Shown: positions 21,282 to 32,453 of the stretch, piece after piece
How the letters are laid out: every line of letters begins with the position of its first letter
Numbering within the stretch: the first letter of the stretch is position 1
Made by a program: the position numbers and the translations under genes
The notes under the pieces: generated by a model
What the model was told of the DNA's origin: nothing
Databases searched by the model: none
The model's input: the letters and a program-made list of their open reading frames with translations, nothing else
IMG/VR virus record: IMGVR_UViG_3300033068_001989
Span: 143,752-207,751 of that record
Origin: a virus
Taxonomy: Duplodnaviria > Caudoviricetes
Length of the DNA stretch: 64,000 bases
Direction: 5' to 3' (one strand)

Positions 21282-21490
21282 AAATTGCTCTTGAGATCAC
21301 TAAGAACTCTATCTACCGTATTTTTTAAATGCTCCATATTTTTGCTTAGCATTTCTGGGTCATCGTTTTTCAATAAATAACTTATCGTTTCTAGTGATCC
21401 TAGAGAATATGCTATTCTGCTTTTAAGTATAGAATTTTCTATAAGTAACTCTTTTGTCCCTTTATTTTCATCCTCCTGAGATATACCCAT
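21278..21490 (-). CDS. hypothetical protein
   Basis: 70-aa ORF with an AT-rich translation initiation region. Confidence 0.6.
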   Translation of the reverse strand: MGISQEDENKGTKELLIENSILKSRIAYSLGSLETISYLLKNDDPEMLSKNMEHLKNTVDRVLSDLKSNF

Positions 21491-21542
21491 ATTATTTTAT
21501 TTTTATAATATATAATCAATCTCAGAAAAAAAGTAAAAAGTA

Positions 21543-21572
21543 AAAAAAAACCTAGATAAATCTAGGTTTTTT
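21543..21572. terminator. intrinsic terminator after the clp gene
   Basis: aaaaaacctaga/tctaggtttttt hairpin. Confidence 0.75.
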
Positions 21573-21574
21573 GA

Positions 21575-23668
21575 CTATTTCTTTTTCGATGATATTTTAA
21601 CTTTTACTGGTGGCTGTATTCCTCCATCTTTTGTTTTATCGAAGGATAGGGTTATCGTATCTCCCTCTGATATTTTTGTTTGTACCATTAGATCAGCTAA
21701 TGTATCTTCGATGTACTTCTGTATTATTCTCTTTAATGGTCTAGCACCAAATTTGGGATTAAATCCATCCTCGCATATCTTTTCTTTAAGATCTACAGAA
21801 ACCTTTATTTTATATCCGAGTGATTCTATTCTCGGTAATGTTTTTGTTAATTCTACATCAAGTATATCAAGCATATTCTCTTTACCAAGCTCCTTGAAGT
21901 AGATGATGTCATCCAATCTGTTTATAAATTCAGGTGAGAATTTTTTTTCTAGTTCCTTCTTAAGAAGAGCCTCATTTTCAAATTCTTTATTTGCTGATTT
22001 TACAGATGTTACAAATCCACTACTTGTACCAAATTCTGATAATTTTCTTTGGCCGACGTTGGAGGTTAGAATAATTAGTGTATTTTTAAAATTTATTTTT
22101 CTACCTTGACCGTCTGTTAAATGTCCCTCATCTAATATCTGTAAAAGAGTATTGAATATTTCTGGGTGTGCCTTTTCAATCTCGTCGAATAATACGATAG
22201 AATATGGTTTTCTTCTAACTTTTTCTGTTAATTGTCCTCCGTCCTCATGACCAACATATCCTGGAGGTGCTCCAAACATTTTAGTCGCATCGAACTTTTC
22301 TCCATATTCACTCATGTCGATTCTTATTAAAGAATCACTACCGCCAAACATATGCTTAGCAAGTTCTTTTGCTAATTGAGTTTTACCAACCCCAGTAGGA
22401 CCAAGAAAAAGGAATGTACCAATTGGTTTATTTGGATCTTTTATACCCATTCTATTTCTTAAAACTGCTCTTGATACTTTTTCTATCGCATCATCTTGAC
22501 CAATAACCTTACCTTTAAGGTCCGCACTCATATTAGCAAGCTTAAAGTTCTCATCTTGGTTTACTTTTTTAAGTGGTACACCTGACATCATGGCTACTAC
22601 CTCGGCAACCTTTTCTCCGTCAACTGGTTTTTTTTTGCCTTTAAGTTTTGCTTCCCAAAGTTTTATCTCAGATTCGAGTGATACCTCAGTGTGTCTTTGG
22701 AGGTCTCTATATTTTGCTGCACCTTCATAATCCTGTTTTTTAACTGCAAGATTCTTATCTATTGCTATTTGAGCTAGATTTTTCTCCAATCTCGTTATTG
22801 TCTCTGGTACTTTAACATCGCTTAGCTGAGTTCTACTGCCCGCTTCGTCCAATGCATCTAAAGCCTTGTCTGGGAAGTTACGATCCGTTATATAGCGTTC
22901 TGTGAGCTTTACACAATTGATTATTGCATCATCCGTGTATTTTACATTATGATGATCCTCATATTTGGATTTTACGCTGTTTAAGATTTCTATTGTAGTT
23001 TCCATATCTGGTGGATTTACAAGTACCTTCTGAAATCTTCTCTCGAGTGCACCATCTTTTTCGATATGCTGACGGTATTCATTAAGTGTTGTTGCACCGA
23101 TACATTGTATCTCACCTCTAGCTAATGCAGGTTTAAACATGTTTGACGCATCAAGGGATCCTGAAGATCCTCCTGCTCCTATGATGGTGTGTAGCTCATC
23201 AATAAAAATAATAATATCTCTATTTTTTTTAAGCTCGTCAATAATTGCTTTGATCCTCTCTTCAAACTGTCCTCTATATTTAGTTCCAGCTACTAGTGAT
23301 CCCATATCAAGAGTTAGAATCCTCTTGTTTAGTAGGGTTTGTGAAACCTTTCTTTGAACTATCTTTAAAGCTAATCCTTCAGCTATTGCAGATTTCCCGA
23401 CACCAGGCTCGCCTATAAGTACAGGATTATTTTTCTTCCTTCTCGAAAGAATTTGTGATATCCTTTCTATTTCTGGATCTCTACCTATAATGGGGTCGAG
23501 TTCTCCTCTCGATGCCATATCGGTTAGATCGGTTGAATGAGAGTCAAGTATCGGTGTTTTACCGGTACCTTTTTTAGACTTATATTCGCTTTGGTAATCT
23601 TCATCATCTCCACCTGTATATTGGTCCATCGATGGCGAGATTTTCTTTTTGTAGTCTCCGTTTTTCAT
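21575..23668 (-). CDS. clpC: ClpC/ClpB-like Hsp100 AAA+ ATPase lacking the N-terminal repeat domain
   Basis: Two AAA modules (GEPGVGKS/IFIDE; GPTGVGKT/LFDEIEKAH), UVR-like middle segment, GARPL; start placed after the promoter at 23695-23727. Confidence 0.9.
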   Translation of the reverse strand: MKNGDYKKKISPSMDQYTGGDDEDYQSEYKSKKGTGKTPILDSHSTDLTDMASRGELDPIIGRDPEIERISQILSRRKKNNPVLIGEPGVGKSAIAEGLALKIVQRKVSQTLLNKRILTLDMGSLVAGTKYRGQFEERIKAIIDELKKNRDIIIFIDELHTIIGAGGSSGSLDASNMFKPALARGEIQCIGATTLNEYRQHIEKDGALERRFQKVLVNPPDMETTIEILNSVKSKYEDHHNVKYTDDAIINCVKLTERYITDRNFPDKALDALDEAGSRTQLSDVKVPETITRLEKNLAQIAIDKNLAVKKQDYEGAAKYRDLQRHTEVSLESEIKLWEAKLKGKKKPVDGEKVAEVVAMMSGVPLKKVNQDENFKLANMSADLKGKVIGQDDAIEKVSRAVLRNRMGIKDPNKPIGTFLFLGPTGVGKTQLAKELAKHMFGGSDSLIRIDMSEYGEKFDATKMFGAPPGYVGHEDGGQLTEKVRRKPYSIVLFDEIEKAHPEIFNTLLQILDEGHLTDGQGRKINFKNTLIILTSNVGQRKLSEFGTSSGFVTSVKSANKEFENEALLKKELEKKFSPEFINRLDDIIYFKELGKENMLDILDVELTKTLPRIESLGYKIKVSVDLKEKICEDGFNPKFGARPLKRIIQKYIEDTLADLMVQTKISEGDTITLSFDKTKDGGIQPPVKVKISSKKK

Positions 23669-23745
23669 AGAAAAAATTTTATCCTTTATTTTATGCAAAT
23701 ATAGGATAAAATTTCGGATTATAAAAATAAATGTTAATTATTTTT

Positions 23746-24942
23746 TTAATCTGTTGTCTTTGTAAATTCTATTATAACTATAATATTGGCTTGGTATGGT
23801 GTTGATAGGTTATCGTTATAAATCTTAACTGTAAAATTTGGTGTTGAACTCGAATTTGAATAAGGGATTACTATTAATTGTTCAGTACCGCTTATAGAAA
23901 TCTCCTTTGTAGTTTGATAATTACCTGCCACGAATCCATTTTCTATTAAAACATTCATCGAGGTAAAACTTTTTAGATTTAGTGAAGTATGTAGATTTGA
24001 TTGCGTATATGTTCCTCCTGTTGCTGTTCCCGCGTAACATTTTCTGTATATTGGCTTACCGTCTATCCATGTACCTACTACAATTTCAGATGCTGTTGCA
24101 GATGGATAAATATTGGAATATCCAGTTGCACCTGTTGCCCCGATCTTACCGTTGGATGACCATGAAATGCTATAATTTCCTGATGTTGCAACCCCGCTTG
24201 AAGCTTTAACTGAACCAACATAGAAAGTATATACATTAGCATTTTTTGCAGCGCCTGATATTAAGTAGTTGCCATATATCTCTGGTGATGATAGATTTCT
24301 ATTTTGCATATATACGGGGTTTCCTGCTATAATGTCATTATAGAGATCATCTAACCATGTTGATACTGCAGATCCATAAACATTTAAAGTGGAAATATAA
24401 ATTGTAGTAACATTTGACATAATTGTTGAATCGAATGATACTCTATATTCAAAATTTAAAAATGGTGGTGTTGCCGATGCTGTTCCGTTAAATGTCCATC
24501 TCATTGAATTTGCACCATCTGTTCCTGGACTTCCTGTTACTCCAGATACTCCGGATGAACCGGTAGGACCAGTAACTCCAATAGGACCAGTTGATCCTTG
24601 TGGACCAGTAGGACCAGTAACTCCGATGGAACCAGTGGATCCTTGTGGACCAATAGGACCAGTAACTCCAATAGAACCAGTTGATCCTTGTGGACCAGTA
24701 GGACCAGTAACTCCAACAGAACCCGTCGCTCCTGTTTCCCCGATTGGACCAGGCACATCAGAAATTCCTGCAGGACCAGTCACGCCAGAATAATATGGAA
24801 GTTGAGACCATGGTGTTTGTCCGTCACCCATCTTGAATTTTCTAGTGTCCATCTCATATCCAGGCTCACCTGACATCAATACGGGATCATTATAATTCCA
24901 ATTTTGTGATAGATCCCTCCTGAGTAGTATTCTATATGGCAT
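23746..24942 (-). CDS. collagen-like tail/whisker fibre protein
   Basis: N-terminal RILLRRD..W..PVL..GEPGYE..GDG.TPW fibre domain, G-x-T repeats, [13 protein letters not shown]-terminal domain. Confidence 0.8.
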   Translation of the reverse strand: MPYRILLRRDLSQNWNYNDPVLMSGEPGYEMDTRKFKMGDGQTPWSQLPYYSGVTGPAGISDVPGPIGETGATGSVGVTGPTGPQGSTGSIGVTGPIGPQGSTGSIGVTGPTGPQGSTGPIGVTGPTGSSGVSGVTGSPGTDGANSMRWTFNGTASATPPFLNFEYRVSFDSTIMSNVTTIYISTLNVYGSAVSTWLDDLYNDIIAGNPVYMQNRNLSSPEIYGNYLISGAAKNANVYTFYVGSVKASSGVATSGNYSISWSSNGKIGATGATGYSNIYPSATASEIVVGTWIDGKPIYRKCYAGTATGGTYTQSNLHTSLNLKSFTSMNVLIENGFVAGNYQTTKEISISGTEQLIVIPYSNSSSTPNFTVKIYNDNLSTPYQANIIVIIEFTKTTD

Positions 24943-24984
24943 ATTACTATATTATTTATACCTATATATCAATATATTTACACA

Positions 24985-25265
24985 CAAAAAAGGAGCCCCA
25001 GAGGGGCTCCTAAAGTATCCCGAAGGAAACTTGTTGATGTCGCATATTCTAACTCGCACTAGTGCAGATACAATATGCTCTATCCCTAATATCTTACCCC
25101 TTTCGGGTTGGGATATTAACCCTACTAACCGCTCGTTAATTATGCGAGCTGGCTGGGTATGATCGCGTCATTCTGTGTGAGACCAGTATGGATCTTAAGC
25201 TTACCATCTGGCTGAAATACGGGGTTCCCCCCTGCAGAATATTGACAAATGTCAGTGACACGTAT
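24985..25265 (-). ncRNA. unidentified ~280-nt structured RNA with its own promoter and terminator
   Basis: GC-richer ORF-free interval with at least 7 helices, GATATATA motif upstream (25277-25285) and terminator at 24985-25011. Confidence 0.6.
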
Positions 25266-25296
25266 ATTTTCTTATCTTATATATCCTATTACTAAT

Positions 25297-27504
25297 CTAT
25301 TTTTTTGAAATTTGTGATTTTGAATCACTAATATTTTTGTAGCTGTAATCTATTGAAACCGAACCAAAATCAATTCCCCTGTTCAATTTATATACGTATT
25401 TATTAGCTAATCTTTTATATGTCGAGATTTCGTCGGTATTTCCCTGTACCAACGAGTTTATTTTATGCGGACAGCTCTTTATTGACTCCAGATATTCAAA
25501 TGACAATTTATTGAATATAAGATTTGCTTTTTTTGAATTAGCTACTGGATTTCCATAAATGTCAATAAATCCAGGTGACGATGCTATACCGTTTGATTTT
25601 TTATTCTTTCTTAATCCACTCCCCCATACTTTATTATCTGTTATTGATATATTCTCAGTTGTACCATTAACTTTCATTGTTATAATATATTCTCCTGGAA
25701 TTCCAAATTTGCTATTCATATTTGTATTCTCTTTTAAATATCTATTCTCCGTCTTTATCGTTTTAAATAACCAGTTAATTTGATCTGATGTATATTCTCT
25801 ATTATCCGGACCTATAAATCTAAAATTTTTAATTCTTCTTAGCTTATCCTGGTACGAATCCCAAATTGTATTTTTATATTCACTATTGCTCCTAAGTTCT
25901 GATAAGAAGCCTATAGTGTATACTGGTAATGATACATCATCAATCCTCCATTCCAGAGTCATTATCACATTTTTAATGTATGCATCAATGGTTGATTCTA
26001 TTGGTCTCAATAGTAAAGATATTGCAGATTTTATATTATGTGAATTTCCATCTAAGGTATTTATCTGGTATGAATTTATATAATTCTCTATCTCTAACTC
26101 GATTTCTGATATTCTATTTTCTAAATTAGGAAGATCATCAGTGTTAGGTTTTGAGTACTCTATGAAGTAATTGATTTTATCGATTGACCTTCTTAATTCT
26201 ATTATATTTGAATTTGAATCCCCGAATTTAGTATTATAGCTGTCCCATAATTTTAAAATAATATCTGAATAAAGCTCACCTAACTTAGATTCGCCTATAT
26301 TTACACATAATGATTCTATTATATCTGCGTATTCCTGTATACTCTTGGGTTCGGCGTGTAATCCGTTTCCGTTTATGAGCCCTCCTTCTATTGCATCTAT
26401 TAGCTTTCTTTTTTCTGTTATCTCTTGATTGATACTCGTATATTCTGTTTCTAATAGATCCTTATTTCTTAATAGTCCATTATAGTCTCCAATTCTAGAA
26501 TCTCTACCCTCGTCATATTTAACGGACGGTGAATTTTTAATGATTCTGTATAGATATTCTTCTGTTAACTCTGTGTTTCTTCTTATATCAAGAGTAACTG
26601 TATACCATTTTTCTAATTCAAATTTATAATCAGTATACAGAGACATTTTTTTATTTCCGTCGTATGTTAGGCAAGCCGCTATAGCGAAGGGTGTGTAGAC
26701 ATTATCATACGATCTTCTTCTTTCACTTGATGTATTAGATATTCCTCTTTTTTTATTACCTAACTCTATGTATGGAGCAATTGCACCAAATTCTATTTTA
26801 TTCCCAGCTTTGGATGTTGATCTATAATTGAACTCGATTATGTCGCTTCTTCTGGTCGTGTATTTTTTTGTTACTATACCAGTGGATTTATTATATGCAT
26901 GACCCTGGCCTGAATCTTGGTGGGCTTTACTTGGGAATCTATTCATTCTAAATTCGAAAGTAACCGAGTATTCATCGTCTATATCTAAAAGTTCATGTAT
27001 GTTTCCTGATTGTATTTCAGGTAATCCTGGAACTGTGTTATAGATACTTAAATTTGATTCTCCTGTATATTTATGTGTATCGTCAATTATGCCAAGAAGC
27101 TTTATATTCTCACCTATTGCTTTATTATTATTTACCCTCGCATGTTTACCAAAAATACCAAAATTTGAATTTCTCGTATTTGTTAAGGTATTATTAGGGT
27201 CCTGTTGATTTGTACGAGGTGTATAGGTTAGCGCATTTTTAAAACCTCCAATTTTCTTTATGCTCGCTTCAAGATTGATTATAACTGATGATGGAAGATC
27301 TTCTACTACATTTTTTTGACCAGATATAAACTTAACTCTCTCTTTCGATATCTTTAGTGTTTTTTCCTCTTCTTCGTCTAGCTTCTCTTTTTCCGATAGC
27401 TGCTTTATGAGTATGTTATCGTTTATTATAATATTACAAACCGTTTCAAGATATTCGGTTTTAGTAAGATTCTCATTGATCCCTAGTATATTTTCTTTCG
27501 ACAT
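25297..27504 (-). CDS. hypothetical protein
   Basis: 735-aa ORF coupled to the fibre operon; no motif recognised. Confidence 0.75.
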   Translation of the reverse strand: MSKENILGINENLTKTEYLETVCNIIINDNILIKQLSEKEKLDEEEEKTLKISKERVKFISGQKNVVEDLPSSVIINLEASIKKIGGFKNALTYTPRTNQQDPNNTLTNTRNSNFGIFGKHARVNNNKAIGENIKLLGIIDDTHKYTGESNLSIYNTVPGLPEIQSGNIHELLDIDDEYSVTFEFRMNRFPSKAHQDSGQGHAYNKSTGIVTKKYTTRRSDIIEFNYRSTSKAGNKIEFGAIAPYIELGNKKRGISNTSSERRRSYDNVYTPFAIAACLTYDGNKKMSLYTDYKFELEKWYTVTLDIRRNTELTEEYLYRIIKNSPSVKYDEGRDSRIGDYNGLLRNKDLLETEYTSINQEITEKRKLIDAIEGGLINGNGLHAEPKSIQEYADIIESLCVNIGESKLGELYSDIILKLWDSYNTKFGDSNSNIIELRRSIDKINYFIEYSKPNTDDLPNLENRISEIELEIENYINSYQINTLDGNSHNIKSAISLLLRPIESTIDAYIKNVIMTLEWRIDDVSLPVYTIGFLSELRSNSEYKNTIWDSYQDKLRRIKNFRFIGPDNREYTSDQINWLFKTIKTENRYLKENTNMNSKFGIPGEYIITMKVNGTTENISITDNKVWGSGLRKNKKSNGIASSPGFIDIYGNPVANSKKANLIFNKLSFEYLESIKSCPHKINSLVQGNTDEISTYKRLANKYVYKLNRGIDFGSVSIDYSYKNISDSKSQISKK

Positions 27505-27833
27505 TAGTTTGTTATTTGATTTATTGATTCGTGATATTCTGTTTTTAGTTCTTCCCTCTTATCCACTATATCCTGTGGTATTGGTGTTCCGTCGATTGCG
27601 AATCTTTCTAGAGCTTCTTGCATCCCTGGGATTTCTGATATTCTCCTTGAGTATGCTATTCTTAATAATTCTATTCTTTCAAGTTCATCCTCATTTGGAT
27701 CATTCATTTCCATTACTGTACCCCCTGATTCAAGGAAAGATTTATAATCGATATATGTCTGTTCATTTTCATTCATAATTACTTGGACATTTCCAAGAAA
27801 TATTTGACCATTTCTGTTTATTACGTAACTCAT
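27504..27833 (-). CDS. hypothetical protein, possible fibre assembly chaperone
   Basis: Small acidic ORF directly after a fibre gene. Confidence 0.55.
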   Translation of the reverse strand: MSYVINRNGQIFLGNVQVIMNENEQTYIDYKSFLESGGTVMEMNDPNEDELERIELLRIAYSRRISEIPGMQEALERFAIDGTPIPQDIVDKREELKTEYHESINQITN

Positions 27834-27837
27834 AATA

Positions 27838-29493
27838 TTAATTTGATATTAGATTTCTTCTTAATAACTGACATCCATAATTTTTGAAAGAAACTGAACC
27901 TGATGCTGCTGTATTATTACCCATCCATATAAGTGGATAATATGTGGAAACCCCAGTATTATAATCTGATGTTATATTAAGTGAGGTAACGGTCGTAGCT
28001 CCTGTAGAGTTTACTATTTTAGTTAGTTCTAGATTTATAGATGCAACTCCGGAGATTTTATAGATTCTAAGTTTATATGTTGATGAGGTTTCAGTTCCTA
28101 AAAATCCGGAACCAAGATCTAATGATGATGCTATCCCGCTGGCATCATTCCATATGAAATATAAATTTGCTGTTGCCTGTAACTTAGCAACACCTATTGA
28201 GTTTATCTGAGTTGTTGGTTCCACGTTTGTTGGTGCAACACCAGAATATGCTGCTGATATACCAGCAAAGAACCTCTGTGCTCCATTGTTTGTATTTATT
28301 CTGAATTTATGGATATATTCAAATTCGAAATTTGTACCGATTTGCGTTGAGAATGGACTACCATAGATACCAGCAACCGAAGATGATGCTGAAGATGTTG
28401 TATATAATATGCATACCGGCTGCTCACTTACTGTGCTTACTGTTCCTATATTTGTTAAAGTACCGCCCCATCTCTGTGAAGAGTATGTTGTTGCGCCATC
28501 ATCTGGAAGAATGAACGCATACTGATTTGTCATATTCTTTGAATATAAATAATTATCAAAGGTTAGTTGTAAATCAGTCTGTGCTGACAATGTACCTGTT
28601 ATACTTCCCCATGGACCTGCAATACCCTGAATCCCTGGATTTCCTGCTATTGAAACTGTAAATCCTGTATATATACCGGATCCTGAGAATGTATCGGAGA
28701 GAAATAATAAACTATTACCCGTAAACGATGTAATAACCCCTTCCATCCAAACCAGACTATCAGCTATTGCTGTAGCTCTTATCCTAGTTCCGACCGTATA
28801 TGCAGTTTGTGAAGAAGTTAAACTTAGATTCGAAAGACCTCTCGTTGATACACCTATGGTGAGAGATTGTGTGGTTGTAAAAAGTCCATCATAACCCAAT
28901 CCTGTTGGACCTATTGGTCCAGGTACACCAACTGCACCTGCTAGATTGATTGTCCAAGAATCGTAGGATATATCTGATTCTGAATTAACCTCGGTGCAAA
29001 ATACATCAATTAGTCCACTTGTAGGAGAGTACGATATTATAGTCGCATGAAAATGGTTTATTGGTAGGGCATCTGGCGATATTATTACCGTTTGTGACGG
29101 TGAATATGCTAATCCAGTTCCAACGGTAAAAGAAACACTCGCACCTGTTGCAGGTATCGTTATAGTGTCGTTTGATGTTGTTGAATACCTATCCCCATTA
29201 CTTCCTGTTGGACCAATAGGTCCAGTAGAACCAGTAGGACCAGTAGAACCAGTAGGACCAATAGGACCAGTTGCTCCGCTAGGTCCAGTAGAACCAGTAG
29301 GTCCAGTAGAACCTGTTGCTCCTATAGATTCCGGATCAATCCAGAATGGTAGATAATTCCAAGGAGTAGCCCCGTCGCCGATTTTAATTTTTCCGGTGTC
29401 CGTTTCATATCCAAATTCGCCACTTAACAATATTGGATTATTTACTATCCATTTACCAGATGGATCTCTTCTTATCTGAACTCTAAATGCCAT
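27838..29493 (-). CDS. collagen-like fibre protein
   Basis: Same N-terminal fibre domain ([25 protein letters not shown]), GPTGST repeats, Ser/Thr-rich beta regions. Confidence 0.8.
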   Translation of the reverse strand: MAFRVQIRRDPSGKWIVNNPILLSGEFGYETDTGKIKIGDGATPWNYLPFWIDPESIGATGSTGPTGSTGPSGATGPIGPTGSTGPTGSTGPIGPTGSNGDRYSTTSNDTITIPATGASVSFTVGTGLAYSPSQTVIISPDALPINHFHATIISYSPTSGLIDVFCTEVNSESDISYDSWTINLAGAVGVPGPIGPTGLGYDGLFTTTQSLTIGVSTRGLSNLSLTSSQTAYTVGTRIRATAIADSLVWMEGVITSFTGNSLLFLSDTFSGSGIYTGFTVSIAGNPGIQGIAGPWGSITGTLSAQTDLQLTFDNYLYSKNMTNQYAFILPDDGATTYSSQRWGGTLTNIGTVSTVSEQPVCILYTTSSASSSVAGIYGSPFSTQIGTNFEFEYIHKFRINTNNGAQRFFAGISAAYSGVAPTNVEPTTQINSIGVAKLQATANLYFIWNDASGIASSLDLGSGFLGTETSSTYKLRIYKISGVASINLELTKIVNSTGATTVTSLNITSDYNTGVSTYYPLIWMGNNTAASGSVSFKNYGCQLLRRNLISN

Positions 29494-29507
29494 TTTTCTT
29501 TAATTTT

Positions 29508-30137
29508 TTATGAAAGATCACCAAATAGTGTCCACGTATCAGCTTGATTTTTTATTAATGTTGCAACAGAGTATTGATATTTTAGATTTCTTAATCCTTG
29601 AGCAGAATTAATGGTAACTCCACCACCACCAGTAATACCAACTCCGCCAGTTCCACCTCTTGATACTAATATTCTTGTCCCTATCTCAAAATCGGTTGCG
29701 ACGTCATTTTGTATTGTCAGATATGTCTGAGTACCCGATGTAATATTTATTATCTTGTTTTTATCGCTAAGCTCTAGCGCATATGTTCCAGTTTGACCAT
29801 TTGTCAATATGAGTGAAAAATCTAATCCGGTAGCTCCTGTTGGCCCAATCGGACCTGTTGCTCCTGTTATACCTATCGGACCTGTTGTTCCAGTTGAGCC
29901 AGTAGCCCCAGTTTCACCAAGTCCTCCAGTAGGTCCAGTTATTCCGATTGAGCCAGTAGCTCCAGTTGGACCTGTGGCTCCATAATAATAATCAAGCTGG
30001 TTCCATGGTGTAATTCCGTCTCCAACTTTTAGTTTTCCGTTATCTGTTACATATCCAGGTTCACCGGATAATAGAACTGGATTATTTGCTTGCCAGTTTC
30101 CTAATGTATCCCTTCTTAATAATATTCTATAAGCCAT
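29508..30137 (-). CDS. short collagen-like fibre protein
   Basis: Same N-terminal domain, GATG repeats, C-terminal ..DTWTLFGDL. Confidence 0.8.
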   Translation of the reverse strand: MAYRILLRRDTLGNWQANNPVLLSGEPGYVTDNGKLKVGDGITPWNQLDYYYGATGPTGATGSIGITGPTGGLGETGATGSTGTTGPIGITGATGPIGPTGATGLDFSLILTNGQTGTYALELSDKNKIINITSGTQTYLTIQNDVATDFEIGTRILVSRGGTGGVGITGGGGVTINSAQGLRNLKYQYSVATLIKNQADTWTLFGDLS

Positions 30138-30183
30138 TTTGGTTTAATTTTTTTACTTCTTTGTATATATTCAAGTATTACGC

Positions 30184-30990
30184 CTAATTTCTTCTGGCTG
30201 CTAATACTTTATTGTAATCCATTCTTATCTTATTTGCTGATAATATATCTTTTATTTGAGCATCACTTTCGTTATACCATTTTTTATATTCTGGATCAGA
30301 TCCCATTGGATCATAATTCATCTTATATGGCTGCTCGTCAACATCTATTGATTCGTTTTTGTCGTATGTTTTATAATCAACTATTAACTCTATCGTAGTG
30401 TTTCCAGTCTTTTGAAGCCAATCTTTATAAAATTGACCAAAATCCCTTATTCCGGTAACTAAATCTATGCATCCGATAGATCCTGGTAAACTTCCGCCAT
30501 GTAGAAAAAATCCACTTCTCCCGAGAGTATTGGTTCCTTTCTGTGGGATTATTGAAAATCTAAAATTTCCCCAAGCTATTCTGGATGGATCCGTTATTTC
30601 TTTGAAGTTATCACTGCTTAGTGTTACTTCATTATCAGGAAGGAGAAAAACAGTTTGCTTAGCTAATGTCAATTTTACAAAATTTTCATCGTTTCTCCAT
30701 CTTGCGTTAAGATCTCTTTCCTCTGTTGGTCCTAATTTATATTTCCCTTGTGGTATTGGACCTTCAGCTTTTATTTTCGACCATTCGACTGGAGACATAT
30801 TATATCTTCTCTTCCATGAATCTGGCTTAACATACCATTGATAATAGCTCCTTCCGGAACATGCTTTCCATGATTTAATAACTCTACCATTCTCTATGAA
30901 ATCTAATTTATTTCCATTGAATAATAGATGAGCTGAATCCTGAGATTCTGCTTCATTGATAAATACCTTAAAGTTTAATATATTTTGCAT
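30184..30990 (-). CDS. Tlde1/DUF2778-like L,D-transpeptidase-fold protein
   Basis: GPIPQGKY..GRSGFFLHGG..GSIGCID (His..Cys catalytic motif). Confidence 0.72.
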   Translation of the reverse strand: MQNILNFKVFINEAESQDSAHLLFNGNKLDFIENGRVIKSWKACSGRSYYQWYVKPDSWKRRYNMSPVEWSKIKAEGPIPQGKYKLGPTEERDLNARWRNDENFVKLTLAKQTVFLLPDNEVTLSSDNFKEITDPSRIAWGNFRFSIIPQKGTNTLGRSGFFLHGGSLPGSIGCIDLVTGIRDFGQFYKDWLQKTGNTTIELIVDYKTYDKNESIDVDEQPYKMNYDPMGSDPEYKKWYNESDAQIKDILSANKIRMDYNKVLAARRN

Positions 30991-31110
30991 TTATAGGTTT
31001 GTTTATAATCGAATACGACAAACTATATATTCAAAAAGTATCTAGCTATTTTCACTATAAACAAAAAAGCCCAGATATTAATACCTGGGCTTTTTAACTA
31101 TCATCGATTG

Positions 31111-31440
31111 TTATTTCTGTTTTTTAAGAATAGCTGCTTGTAATGCTTTTGGTAGGGTTTTTTGTTTAGCACTTAGTCCTTTTTTTGGTGTTTTTGTTGT
31201 ATCACCATCATTTTCTTTTTTGTCGGCTGCTGCTTTTTTCATGGTCTCTTCCTTGTCTCCATCCTTATCAAGATCTAAAAAATCAGGCTTTGCCTTGCTT
31301 TTTGACTTATCTCCGGATTTAGCTTCCCTTTTAGCTTTCTGTTTATCTAGATAAGCCTTAAATCCTGCATTCATTTTTTCTGATATTTCATTTCCTGATT
31401 CCTCGTTAATGAAGTTCTCAAACGTTTCTATATTTTTCAT
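31111..31440 (-). CDS. small Lys-rich putative virion protein
   Basis: MKNIETFENFINE N-terminus, KPDFLDLDKDGDKEE motif; late-type motif upstream. Confidence 0.7.
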   Translation of the reverse strand: MKNIETFENFINEESGNEISEKMNAGFKAYLDKQKAKREAKSGDKSKSKAKPDFLDLDKDGDKEETMKKAAADKKENDGDTTKTPKKGLSAKQKTLPKALQAAILKKQK

Positions 31441-31482
31441 ATCGAATTTTTTATTTATAGTATATATTCGATTTATTTTCAT

Positions 31483-31515
31483 AAAAAAAGTCAAATCTTA
31501 AGATTTGACTTTTTT
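31483..31515 (-). terminator. terminator ending the tRNA array
   Basis: aaaaaaagtcaaatct/agatttgactttttt palindrome. Confidence 0.8.
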
Positions 31516-31642
31516 AATCTGATATCCCGCTGCCACGCTAGCGAAGGTTTCTAATCCTATGCTCTATTAAGAGCTTTAAATCGAAATTAAATTCCCCGAG
31601 GCTTAATCTCGGCAAGGCCGAACTTAATCTTATCAGATCTTT

Positions 31643-31770
31643 GTGGGGAAGGGTGGATTCGAACCACCTATTATAACATATGAAATTAATTTTATCCTTC
31701 GAAGTAACTCAAAATCTTACTACTTATCAAAGAGAATGTTGATACGAGTGTCTTTTTTGTTGCTTCCCCA
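31643..31770 (-). ncRNA. Y-RNA-like element 1 (tRNA acceptor ends, internal permuted conserved stem)
   Basis: TGGGGAAG/CTTCCCCA ends, T arm GGTGGTTCGAATCCACC, internal CATTCTCT then AGTAGTAA..GAGTTACTTCG. Confidence 0.65.
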
Positions 31771-31867
31771 ATTATTTAAAAATCCAACCGGACGTTTCTG
31801 TACGCCCCATTCTCCGATTACGATCGATTACGGTGGTCCCTGTTATATCAGGCCCAGTTGGATTTAG

Positions 31868-31939
31868 TTGCGGGAGGAGGATTCGAACCTCCGACCTTTG
31901 GGTTATGAGCCCAACGAGCTGCCTCTGCTCTATCCCGCT
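31868..31939 (-). tRNA. tRNA-fMet(CAT)
   Basis: Cloverleaf, unpaired first position, GGG/CCC in the anticodon stem. Confidence 0.9.
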
Positions 31940-32087
31940 ATTTATATTTTCTGTGTGGCGCCCAAGGGAGGCTTATAAAGTTGTATAAGCCACTCCTCAA
32001 ACAAAGACATAGTTCTGGTTACCCTTGATATGCTTAGCACGGACTTCTACCGGCATTTCCTTAATTTTACAATTAAAGCGATATTCT

Positions 32088-32164
32088 TGGCGGTTCCAGG
32101 GGGATTCGAACCCCCGACCTCCGCCGTGACAGGGCGGCGTTGTAACCAACTCTACTATGAAACC
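32088..32164 (-). tRNA. tRNA-Asp(GTC)
   Basis: Cloverleaf with encoded CCA. Confidence 0.95.
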
Positions 32165-32170
32165 GTTTAA

Positions 32171-32292
32171 ATAAGGGAATACTAAAGAAAGTATTTAATT
32201 TTCCGACTGGACTCGAACCAGCTACCCATTGTGAGTGAAACAATTGATCTAACCAAATGATCTACGAAGTAACTCTCTTAATTACCACTTAT
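32171..32292 (-). ncRNA. Y-RNA-like element 2 (conserved stem enclosing D, anticodon-like and T arms)
   Basis: AGTGGTAA..GAGTTACTTCG, GATC/GATC D arm, GCTGGTTCGAGTCCAGT T arm, TATTCCCT. Confidence 0.7.
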
Positions 32293-32379
32293 TTATACTT
32301 TAGCCGATATGCTTCATTGCAATTTAATTTCATGCTAATTTGAAACTTGCAGGGATTTCTCCACTCTCTCGGTTCTTTG

Positions 32380-32449
32380 TAGCGTAACGTGGACTCGAAC
32401 CACCCCCCAAGCTTATGAGACTTAGATGCAACCTTTACACCTTAACGCA
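32380..32449 (-). tRNA. tRNA with CAT anticodon (Met, atypical)
   Basis: Cloverleaf with CTCATAA loop; mismatches in acceptor and T stems. Confidence 0.7.
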
Positions 32450-32453
32450 ATAT

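Noticed and set aside
24537-29980. Tandem ggaccagta-type repeats resembling a repeat array
   Set aside because: They are in-frame Gly-X-Thr collagen-like codons, with no unique spacers and no cas genes.
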